A stretch of DNA of 64,000 bases. Source: Bacteroidota bacterium. Lineage in GTDB: Bacteria > Bacteroidota > Bacteroidia > Cytophagales > Cyclobacteriaceae. This document shows, one piece after another, positions 9,935 through 20,050 of this stretch. Numbering within the stretch: the stretch's first letter is position 1; each line of letters begins with the position of its first letter. The stretch is from positions 14,194 through 78,193 of the forward strand of contig JAFDYU010000006.1 of NCBI GenBank assembly GCA_018267285.1, written 5' to 3'. The position numbers and the translations under genes were made by a program. The notes below the pieces were generated by a model. The model did no database searches. It was not told where the DNA came from and saw only the letters and a program-made list of their open reading frames with translations.

Positions 9935-10899
9935 ATGGTTACCGTTTTTACATCTACCAGCAAATCTAAAACCAAAATCAACAGAGCTGCCAATAAAAAA
10001 TAGTAATATTGATTAGCCGATACGTCCACCATGCGGGCATCGCGAAGCTCTCCCTCAATTTTTCCTATGGTGTTTATCAAGCGGGCCACATCGTTTTGAT
10101 TTTCGTTGATTTCAAAATATTGGCCGTTGGTTTTAGTTGCCAGTGATTTTAACTCCTTCGGGTTTAGTTTAGTTACAACGGCATTTCCCTGGGCATCGGT
10201 TTTATAGCCCCGTCCGGCCAAAATCTGCCCGCCTTTTTCGGTACCTATGCCGAGTGTAAAAAGTTTGATGTTCTTGTCTTCAATTTCTTGTGCAATCTCA
10301 TTGGTTTGTTCGCCAAAATCCTCGCCATCGCTGATCAAAATAATAACCTTAGATTTTTGTTGAGTGCTGGGGCCTTCCTGGTTTTCCAACTTATCCAAAG
10401 CCATGCGCAACGGAGGGCCAAAGTCGGTTCCGCTGGAAGGAACCAAACTGGAGTTCATGGTTTCGATAAATAGATTCAAGGCATTTTGATCGTAGGTAAG
10501 CGGGCATTGCATAAAGGCTTCCGATGAAAAAATAATAACCCCCACGCGATCGGAGTTAAATGCTTCTACAATGCGCTTCATTTCGTATTTGGCTTTCTCC
10601 AGCCGCGTTGGTTGCACATCAAATGCGTCCATCGACTTAGATAAATCAACACAAATCATGATGTCTTTACCGATGGATTTCACTTCACGTTTCGAATCGC
10701 CAAACGTTGGCCCCAAGAATGCCACCAGTAATAAAATAACAAAAGCTGTGCGCAAAATGAGCTTAATAAAAATAGTATAAAATGGAGTATGGAGGGTGCG
10801 GCTTATGCGCACAATCTTAACAATGTAGATTGTGTAGAAAAGTATGAAAGCTACAACTACTATCCATTGGGTCGAACCCCATTCGCGAAACCAAACCAC
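9931..10899 (-). CDS. von Willebrand factor A domain membrane protein (BatA/BatB-like)
   Basis: Two N-terminal TM helices, then a VWA domain with a MIDAS-like motif (DIMICVDLSKSM) and VIILISDGEDF. Confidence 0.75.
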   Translation of the reverse strand: MVWFREWGSTQWIVVVAFILFYTIYIVKIVRISRTLHTPFYTIFIKLILRTAFVILLLVAFLGPTFGDSKREVKSIGKDIMICVDLSKSMDAFDVQPTRLEKAKYEMKRIVEAFNSDRVGVIIFSSEAFMQCPLTYDQNALNLFIETMNSSLVPSSGTDFGPPLRMALDKLENQEGPSTQQKSKVIILISDGEDFGEQTNEIAQEIEDKNIKLFTLGIGTEKGGQILAGRGYKTDAQGNAVVTKLNPKELKSLATKTNGQYFEINENQNDVARLINTIGKIEGELRDARMVDVSANQYYYFLLAALLILVLDLLVDVKTVTI

Positions 10900-10929
10900 G
10901 CTACTTATTTTTTTGTGGCAAATTAATCA

Positions 10930-11808
10930 TTAATGCCCAAAATAGGTAGCCTTTTGATTTGTACAATGATGTTTATGCTGAAGTATCGATTCTATACCTT
11001 TTTGGGCTGTTATGTTTTTTTGTGCACGATCATTATCTGTATTTGTAGTTTCTATTTCTTGCTCTGCTCTATTAACGGTGGTGTTCGCTAACAGAAGAAA
11101 TCCGGAAAGCACCATGGCACCAAAACCAATTTTCCTGAACAACAATTCGCTGATGCGCGGTAATACATACACTATTGTTAGAGAAGATACTATTGAAGCT
11201 GCTGCGATTGAAATGCCCAGGTAGAATGCCGTTGTGGAATACAGGCCTAAGTAGACATACGTTATCAACTTAATTAAATGCAGAGAAATTTCGTTGGCCG
11301 CCCGCGTTGCAATGATTTCTTCTTTGGTTAGCCCATACTTTAAATAGAGCCTGTTGAATAATAAGCCCACCGCACCCATTAACCCCGAAATAAAGCCGGC
11401 CATAAAACCCATTAGCGGTAATAGAAGTGGTGGATAGACTTTTGTTGGTTTTTTGTATTCTTCTTTCTGCTTAAAAACCTGTGGCAAATTGGAAATTAAA
11501 AACAGTGCAATGACTACCTGTAGGTAAACCGGATTGAAATATTTTATCAGATATGCACCGATAAAAACGGCAGGTATGGAACTGGGCACAAAGCGCCAAA
11601 ACATTTGCCAACGGATATGCTTTTTAAAAACAGCGATTCGGGAAGCAGAACTTGCGAAAGTTCCAACCGTTAGGGAAAACGGAACAACCGATGGTGGCAA
11701 CAGTACATTTAATATGGGTATCAGTATCAAGCTGGCACCTCCACCCGAAATAGCGCTCATCCAAAACGATAGAATGGTACCCAGAAAAAGCAAAATCAGT
11801 GTTGACAT
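10930..11808 (-). CDS. TauE/SafE-family (DUF81) anion exporter-like permease
   Basis: 292 aa polytopic membrane protein. The N-terminal GGGASLILIPIL motif is typical of the family. Confidence 0.65.
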   Translation of the reverse strand: MSTLILLFLGTILSFWMSAISGGGASLILIPILNVLLPPSVVPFSLTVGTFASSASRIAVFKKHIRWQMFWRFVPSSIPAVFIGAYLIKYFNPVYLQVVIALFLISNLPQVFKQKEEYKKPTKVYPPLLLPLMGFMAGFISGLMGAVGLLFNRLYLKYGLTKEEIIATRAANEISLHLIKLITYVYLGLYSTTAFYLGISIAAASIVSSLTIVYVLPRISELLFRKIGFGAMVLSGFLLLANTTVNRAEQEIETTNTDNDRAQKNITAQKGIESILQHKHHCTNQKATYFGH

Positions 11809-11884
11809 AGAAAGTGTTTACAATGTGGTTTCACTCGAATTGCTTTGGGCAATTCGTTGGTTGATAAATAATATTTACTGTGAT

Positions 11885-12505
11885 TTATTTTTTGTAACTG
11901 ATCATTATGCCCGAGCGGCTTTTTCGATCAATAGTGGTTTCAAACTTTTTGTCGGCCAGTACAAAGTCGAGGTACTCCTGAGGTGCGTTTCCATCAATCA
12001 CATTATGAGTGGTGTAGCAACCCTTTGGTTTTAACTTTGGCGAAACGTCAATAAAGTATTGTTTGTACCAGTCTTTATCGGCATCGGAAAACACAAAATC
12101 AAATGGACCGGAAAGTGTTTTTACCATTTCATGTGCGTTGCCGAGGTGCGCTTCTACATACTTTAATAACCCGGCTTCTTCTAAATTCTTTAGTGCTTGT
12201 TTGTGCCTGTTCTCATTTCGTTCCAGCGTAACTACTTTGCCTCCGGTTTTGCTCATGGCCCAGGCTAGCCAAATGGTGGAGTGCCCGGTGGAAGTGCCGA
12301 TTTCCAAGGCGGAGGTGTAGCCGTGGCTTACTATAATGTTGTGCAAGGTTTGGCCGTCTACGTACGGCACATTTAGATCGTGCCATTCATTTTTATGTTC
12401 ACGTAAAAAATTTTCAACTTTTGTGTCTATCTCTGCTTGAGTCTGAGCTTCTGATTGTATTGAAAGACAACTGATCAGAGCAATGAGTATCATCAAATAT
12501 TTCAT
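11885..12505 (-). CDS. Class I SAM-dependent O-methyltransferase (family 3-like) with N-terminal signal peptide
   Basis: Signal-like MKYLMILIALISCLSIQSEAQ, followed by the SAM-binding region LEIGTSTGHSTIWLA and …FVFSDADK. Confidence 0.65.
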   Translation of the reverse strand: MKYLMILIALISCLSIQSEAQTQAEIDTKVENFLREHKNEWHDLNVPYVDGQTLHNIIVSHGYTSALEIGTSTGHSTIWLAWAMSKTGGKVVTLERNENRHKQALKNLEEAGLLKYVEAHLGNAHEMVKTLSGPFDFVFSDADKDWYKQYFIDVSPKLKPKGCYTTHNVIDGNAPQEYLDFVLADKKFETTIDRKSRSGIMISYKK

Positions 12506-12519
12506 CTGATTTAAGTTTT

Positions 12520-13062
12520 TTATGATAATAGAAATAAGAAGATCAGGGGAAAAGCAATTCCAAGTAACGCCAGTTTCCAGCCTCGGCTTTTAAAACTCAA
12601 TCGGCCTCGTTCAATGAACATGCCCGTGAGACCGAGCGTGAAGAGCGCAAGGCCGAATACATCGGAAAAATAGATCCACCAACGACTGGTGTCTTTATGA
12701 AGTTTTACCATTTGACTTAGCACCGGAGTGGGTATAAAACTCTCTATTTTACCCTGTCCGGTGTTCAGGTCTATTTCTACGGTGTGATTGACGTAAGAGA
12801 TATTCAAAGTATTCTCTTCAACGCCAATCCTGCGCAGGTCATCGTCAAAACCATTGACCTTGCTAAAGGCAACCGCATAGGCATCGTTGATCGAATCTGT
12901 GAGAGGTACGGATACCGTAATTTGTTTTTTGTCGTAGGTATATTTTGTGGGGTTCCACGACCTGCGGTGGTTGAGGGCAATCCCCGAAAGGGCAAACGAG
13001 AGGATCAGCCCTACATAGAAATAGGCAATATCGCGGTGAGTATTTCTGGCAGTTAGCTTCAT
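12520..13062 (-). CDS. PepSY-associated TM helix family membrane protein
   Basis: 180 aa. The N-terminal TM segment followed by GIALNHR, plus C-terminal TM helices, is characteristic of PepSY_TM proteins. Confidence 0.5.
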   Translation of the reverse strand: MKLTARNTHRDIAYFYVGLILSFALSGIALNHRRSWNPTKYTYDKKQITVSVPLTDSINDAYAVAFSKVNGFDDDLRRIGVEENTLNISYVNHTVEIDLNTGQGKIESFIPTPVLSQMVKLHKDTSRWWIYFSDVFGLALFTLGLTGMFIERGRLSFKSRGWKLALLGIAFPLIFLFLLS

Positions 13063-13189
13063 TTTTTTGATATTTTTTGAGTTAGACTGTTCGGTTGCTT
13101 AAAATATTCCATCCTAAAAAAATATTTTCAAGAGGGGAATAATTAGGCACAAGTTAGTGTCTAAAGCATAAGAATTATTAACTTTTGGA

Positions 13190-13720
13190 ATGGAGACAGA
13201 TGATGAGTTAGTAGCCAAAACCAAAAGTGGAGATCTGGGGGCATTTAAAGATTTGGTGAAGAGATATGAAGGGAAGGTAGCCGGGGTTACCCGCTCCATG
13301 CTGGGCAGCACGGCAGATGCAGAAGATGTAGGGCAAGAGGTCTTTATCAAATTTTACGAATCGTTGAAAAAATACAGAGGAGAGGCATCCATCGGAACTT
13401 ATTTAACGAGGATAGCTATTAATCTTTCACTCAACGAAATAAAAAAGAGAAAAAGAAGGTGGTCGGTTTTTAGTTTGGAAGACGAGGGCTCCGCGATACC
13501 GGCCGAAGAGAATAAAATGGATTTGAAAGAATTGCTGTTGTTTGAACTTGATCGGCTTGAGCCTGATTTTCGTGCGGTGGTTACGTTACGATTGATCGAA
13601 GGGTATTCTACGGAAGAAACCTCCCAGATTTTAAAAGTACCGTTGGGTACCGTGCTTTCGAGGCTGGCAAGAGCTCAGGTTAAATTAAGAAAAGGATTAT
13701 CGGAACACCTTAATGAATAG
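13190..13720 (+). CDS. ECF-type RNA polymerase sigma-70 factor
   Basis: 176 aa. Region 2 has DAEDVGQEVFIKFY. Region 4 has the helix-turn-helix EGYSTEETSQILKVPLGTVLSRLARAQ. Confidence 0.9.
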   Translation: METDDELVAKTKSGDLGAFKDLVKRYEGKVAGVTRSMLGSTADAEDVGQEVFIKFYESLKKYRGEASIGTYLTRIAINLSLNEIKKRKRRWSVFSLEDEGSAIPAEENKMDLKELLLFELDRLEPDFRAVVTLRLIEGYSTEETSQILKVPLGTVLSRLARAQVKLRKGLSEHLNE

Positions 13721-13723
13721 GGT

Positions 13724-14146
13724 ATGATAAAGAATGTAAACGAAGAACTTTTGGCTAAATCATTCGATGCAAACTTATCGCACGTTGAACTTGACGAACT
13801 GCAACACACGAAAAACGACATACAGGCAAAGAAGCTGTTAGCGCAACACGGCAAGCTGCGCCAGTTGTTGCTGCGGAAAGAACAAGATTCGTTTGGCCCT
13901 TTTTTTGCTGAACGCGTTGTAAACCAAATTAAACGATTGAGTAAAGAAATTGATTACCAGATCTATTTCTTTTTTAAAAAATATCAACTGGCAGCCGTTG
14001 GGTTGGTAATCGCACTGATTGTTTTGAATATTTTTTTGTCGGATACCATAACTGTAAAATCTGTGCTAGGGTTTGAGAACCAGCCGGCCGGTTCGGACTC
14101 CGACTTGATCGAGAACTTAGATTTGTTTAACGAACTCACTAATTAA
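13724..14146 (+). CDS. Hypothetical single-pass membrane protein, possible anti-sigma factor
   Basis: Starts 4 nt after the ECF sigma stop and has one TM helix (LAAVGLVIALIVLNIFL). No zinc-finger anti-sigma motif was seen, so the call rests on position. Confidence 0.35.
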   Translation: MIKNVNEELLAKSFDANLSHVELDELQHTKNDIQAKKLLAQHGKLRQLLLRKEQDSFGPFFAERVVNQIKRLSKEIDYQIYFFFKKYQLAAVGLVIALIVLNIFLSDTITVKSVLGFENQPAGSDSDLIENLDLFNELTN

Positions 14147-14152
14147 GCTACA

Positions 14153-14566
14153 ATGACACCGGAAAGAAAAAAAACCATAGCCATAGTTATTGGTACGTTT
14201 TTAATTGGGGTACTTATTGGCGTACTCGGTACCGGTTTGTTGGCACGCCAGCATTACAATAAAGAAAAAATTCCTCACGATAAAGAGATACGGGTAAGTT
14301 CACGCCAAAAGCTATTAAAAAAAATATTGAACAAAATCCATGCAGATTCAATTCAAGAAAAAACGATTCGCCCGATAATTGAAAAGACTTTGGACGATAT
14401 AGACTCTATTCAGACGCGAAGCCGCAGGGAAGGAATTGCAGCCATAGATTCCATGGAAACACAGCTAAAGCCCATGTTAAATCAAGACCAAATTGATCGG
14501 CTTAAAAAAATTTACAAGAGCTACAGAGATGGGCTTATCATCCAAAAGAAAAAGAAAAAAAAGTAA
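14153..14566 (+). CDS. Hypothetical membrane-anchored helical protein, Spy/CpxP-like (LTxxQ-like motif)
   Basis: N-terminal TM helix, helical lysine-rich body, and an MLNQDQIDRLKKIY motif resembling LTxxQ periplasmic stress proteins. Confidence 0.3.
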   Translation: MTPERKKTIAIVIGTFLIGVLIGVLGTGLLARQHYNKEKIPHDKEIRVSSRQKLLKKILNKIHADSIQEKTIRPIIEKTLDDIDSIQTRSRREGIAAIDSMETQLKPMLNQDQIDRLKKIYKSYRDGLIIQKKKKKK

Positions 14567-14611
14567 CTTTTCTCTTTATCGATTTTGATTCTAATTTCGC
14601 GGCTGCGAAAA

Positions 14612-15877
14612 ATGGAATCTTATAAAAAAGCACTGAGCTATCTGTACGAACGCCTCCCCATGTTTCAAAGGGTGGGGGCTGCTGCGTATAAAAATGACTT
14701 GACGAACACTGTTGCTTTGTGTGCTGCCCTCGGGCATCCGGAAAAGAACTTTAAAAGTGTACACGTAGCGGGCACCAATGGCAAGGGCAGTTCATCGCAC
14801 ATGATTGCAGCCGTACTTCAGAAAGCCGGATATAAAACCGGGCTTTATACTTCACCTCACTTAAAAGAATTTACCGAGCGCATTAAAATTAATGGTGCAG
14901 AGGTGCCGCAATCGTTTGTAGTTGATTTTGTAGAACGTTTGAAACCGGTACTTGAACGTGTACATCCTTCCTTTTTTGAAACTACCGTAGCCATGGCTTT
15001 CGATTTTTTTGCCCGCGAAAAAGTGGACATTGCTGTGATAGAGGTAGGGCTAGGCGGGAGGCTCGATTCCACAAATGTAATTACACCCGAAGTTTCACTG
15101 ATTACCAACATCAGTTGGGACCATGCCGATTTACTGGGCGATACGCTAAAAAAAATTGCTGCAGAGAAAGCAGGCATCATTAAGCCGGGTGTTCCGGTGA
15201 TAATCAGTGAGCGGCAAGAAGAAGTTGCTGATGTTTTTGTAAGTAAAGCCGCAGAAACAAACAGCCCGATTAGTTTTGCCTCGGATAAATTCCGTTTTAA
15301 AAAAATGAAAAATGGGGCGTTCATTTTTTCAGAGGAAACCTATCCACTCGATCTTAAAGGTAATTATCAAGAAAAAAATTTAGCAGGCGTACTGGCAACT
15401 ATTGATGAGTTGAGGGCAAAGGGTTATTCGATTTCGAGCAAAAATATTAAAGAAGGATTGCAACAAACCATTGAATTGACTGGCCTAAAAGGCCGCTGGC
15501 AAACATTGAATGAGGGGCCGTTTGTAGTCTGCGATACCGGCCACAATGAAGCCGGAGTTAAAGAAGTGCTCCATCAAATTGCCCAGCAAAAATTCGAAAG
15601 GCTATTTATGGTTTGGGGCATGGTGAAAGACAAAGATCAAAGTAGGGTGTTATCGTTGTTGCCCAAAGAAGCATATTACTTTTTTTGTCAGGCAAAAATT
15701 CCGCGCGCACTTTCCGCTCACGAGCTTCAAGAAAAAGCAAATCAATTTGGTTTGTTTGGGAAAGTGGTTGAAGGCGTTAACGAAGCCATTGCGGAAGCCC
15801 GGCAAAAAGCATCGGCCAAGGATATGATTTTTATAGGTGGAAGTACGTTTGTGGTGGCAGAAATTGCGAATCTATGA
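14612..15877 (+). CDS. folC: Bifunctional folylpolyglutamate synthase / dihydrofolate synthase
   Basis: P-loop HVAGTNGKGS, plus EVGLGGRLDSTNVI and ITNISWDH. ATG at 14612 is preferred over the upstream TTG at 14585. Confidence 0.9.
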   Translation: MESYKKALSYLYERLPMFQRVGAAAYKNDLTNTVALCAALGHPEKNFKSVHVAGTNGKGSSSHMIAAVLQKAGYKTGLYTSPHLKEFTERIKINGAEVPQSFVVDFVERLKPVLERVHPSFFETTVAMAFDFFAREKVDIAVIEVGLGGRLDSTNVITPEVSLITNISWDHADLLGDTLKKIAAEKAGIIKPGVPVIISERQEEVADVFVSKAAETNSPISFASDKFRFKKMKNGAFIFSEETYPLDLKGNYQEKNLAGVLATIDELRAKGYSISSKNIKEGLQQTIELTGLKGRWQTLNEGPFVVCDTGHNEAGVKEVLHQIAQQKFERLFMVWGMVKDKDQSRVLSLLPKEAYYFFCQAKIPRALSAHELQEKANQFGLFGKVVEGVNEAIAEARQKASAKDMIFIGGSTFVVAEIANL

Positions 15878-16533
15878 AGAGCAAATTAAAGCGTTTTGAA
15901 ATTATTGCCGGTCGTGAAAATGTGATAGAGCCCGGAAAAGTAATATATGACCGGGTGAAGGGCCGTTGGAACGAATTGTATTTTAAAAACTCCAATCCTC
16001 TTACGGTAGAACTTGCCTGCGGCCGGGGAGAATATTCGGTTGGCTTAGCGCGTAAATTTCCAGATCAAAATTTTGTGGGTGTAGATGTGAAAGGCGATCG
16101 GTTGTGGAAAGGGAGCACGTGGGCTCATGAAGAGGGGCTTAAAAATGTTGGCTTTTTGCGTACTCAAATATTAAATATTGAAAATTTTTTCAACGAAAAT
16201 GAAATCGATGAAATTTGGCTCACGTTTCCGGATCCCCGCCCACGCAAACGCGATATTAAACGCAGGCTCACGAGCCCCCGGTTTCTCGAAATGTTTAAAA
16301 AGATTTTGAAAACAGACGGCTGGTTTCGGTTCAAAACCGACAATACCGGTTTGTTTAATTATACCCTTGACGAATTAAGCCTGCGCACAGACATCAACGA
16401 GTTTAAGTTTACCCACGATCTGTATCAATCGGATTTGCAAGCAGAGTGTTTCGATATTAAAACACGGTATGAAGAAATGTTTGCGGCCGAAGGAGAAAAG
16501 ATTAAATATTTGAGATTTAAGTTTAAAAAATAA
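15874..16533 (+). CDS. trmB: tRNA (guanine-N7)-methyltransferase
   Basis: 219 aa with VELACGRGEY, FPDPRPRKR and RRL motifs. ATGA overlap with folC. Confidence 0.85.
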   Translation: MKSKLKRFEIIAGRENVIEPGKVIYDRVKGRWNELYFKNSNPLTVELACGRGEYSVGLARKFPDQNFVGVDVKGDRLWKGSTWAHEEGLKNVGFLRTQILNIENFFNENEIDEIWLTFPDPRPRKRDIKRRLTSPRFLEMFKKILKTDGWFRFKTDNTGLFNYTLDELSLRTDINEFKFTHDLYQSDLQAECFDIKTRYEEMFAAEGEKIKYLRFKFKK

Positions 16534-16538
16534 AATAG

Positions 16539-18719
<2,181 letters not shown>

Positions 18720-18721
18720 AG

Positions 18722-19270
18722 TTAATCTATTTCCAGGCTCTCCAAAATTTCGGAAAGCGGATATTCTTTTAACCCCGGCCGCGACTCGGCATTTCCATTC
18801 AGGCTTATCCCTGTAACAGGCAACTCAAGAATAAATTCCAGATCGGAAGGCAACGGATTGTTGATGAAGACATCGAACTCTTTTGCTATCTGTTCTATAA
18901 TTTTTTCAGAATCACGAATCGAATTAATGTGTAGATCTATGCCAATGATTTTTTCCTTCAACGGTAACAATTTTACTTTTTTTTCGAACCATTCATTTAT
19001 ACGCAGGCTGACAAATACGTTTTTTCCATGGCTAAATTTTTCGAGCGAATCGATGGTATGCTCAAAATAATCCGCTTCGTATTCATTCTTTTCGATTGAA
19101 TCGGTTTCAATAATAAACTTTGGCCCGGCCACCCAGCCGGTTATCTCTTGAAAAGTTTTGGTATCAACGGTGGCCGCAGGGAATGACAGAAAATCTACAC
19201 CCATGCCTGCACAATAGCGAGCTTCGCTGAGGTTGGTAATGTTACCTACTTTTACTTTTGTTTTTAGCAT
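18722..19270 (-). CDS. TrpF-like (phosphoribosylanthranilate isomerase fold) paralogue, probably non-canonical
   Basis: 182 aa. The N-terminus KVKVGNITNLSEARYCAGMGVDFLSF aligns with the genuine TrpF in this window ([28 protein letters not shown]). The C-terminal GISLNGNAESRPGLKEY resembles the TrpF phosphate-binding GVDVSSGVE.SPG.KD motif. Confidence 0.5.
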   Translation of the reverse strand: MLKTKVKVGNITNLSEARYCAGMGVDFLSFPAATVDTKTFQEITGWVAGPKFIIETDSIEKNEYEADYFEHTIDSLEKFSHGKNVFVSLRINEWFEKKVKLLPLKEKIIGIDLHINSIRDSEKIIEQIAKEFDVFINNPLPSDLEFILELPVTGISLNGNAESRPGLKEYPLSEILESLEID

Positions 19271-19339
19271 GGCTCAAATATTGAAAAGAAAAAAATAACT
19301 TTGAGGTTATATTATTATTTTTCTTTCGAAAAGATTTTT

Positions 19340-20050
19340 ATGAAGGGTATTGTAGGGAGTGCTTGGGTGTGCTTGTTTCTGCTTTCTGCATGCAATTCAG
19401 AAAGCACTTTGGTATCCGGTAAAGCATATTTCCCTTTACAAACGGGCGATTTCAGAATTTATTCTGTTGCTGAAACGAACATTGAGCAGTTGACGTGTGG
19501 CGATGGCGGGCAAACACTAAAAGACTATCAGCTTAAAGCATTGATTACCGATTCTTCTAAAAATACAGATGGCAGTTTCACCTACGATATTCACCGATAC
19601 ACCCGCCCGGACAGCACACAACCCTGGACAGATTTAGATACGTGGACGGCACGCATAACGAGTAACCAGATTATTGTAACACAGGGCAATGTTTCGTATG
19701 TAAAGTTGCCCTTAATGTTTTTTGCAAACGAAAAATGGAACGGCAATTTATACAACGACCAAGGCGAAGAAGATTATACATTAAAAAATTTAGGACAATC
19801 CTATACTTTGTCGACAACAACCAATTATCCGGGAACAAAATATCCATCTTCCGTAACTGTAGTTCAAAGCGATAATCAGGATTTTTTTGTGTATCAAGAT
19901 AAACGAATTGAAGTATATGCAGCAGGCATCGGCTTGATTTACAAAGAGACCACCCAACTGACTTACTTTCAGGATCCTTGCTACGGTCAACAGAAAGTGA
20001 AAAATGGGTTAATCTATATGCAGACACTGGAAAGCTACGGGCATGAATAA
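19340..20050 (+). CDS. Hypothetical lipoprotein
   Basis: Lipobox LLSAC after MKGIVGSAWVCLF. No recognisable domain. Overlaps the downstream S8 protease gene by 8 nt. Confidence 0.5.
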   Translation: MKGIVGSAWVCLFLLSACNSESTLVSGKAYFPLQTGDFRIYSVAETNIEQLTCGDGGQTLKDYQLKALITDSSKNTDGSFTYDIHRYTRPDSTQPWTDLDTWTARITSNQIIVTQGNVSYVKLPLMFFANEKWNGNLYNDQGEEDYTLKNLGQSYTLSTTTNYPGTKYPSSVTVVQSDNQDFFVYQDKRIEVYAAGIGLIYKETTQLTYFQDPCYGQQKVKNGLIYMQTLESYGHE

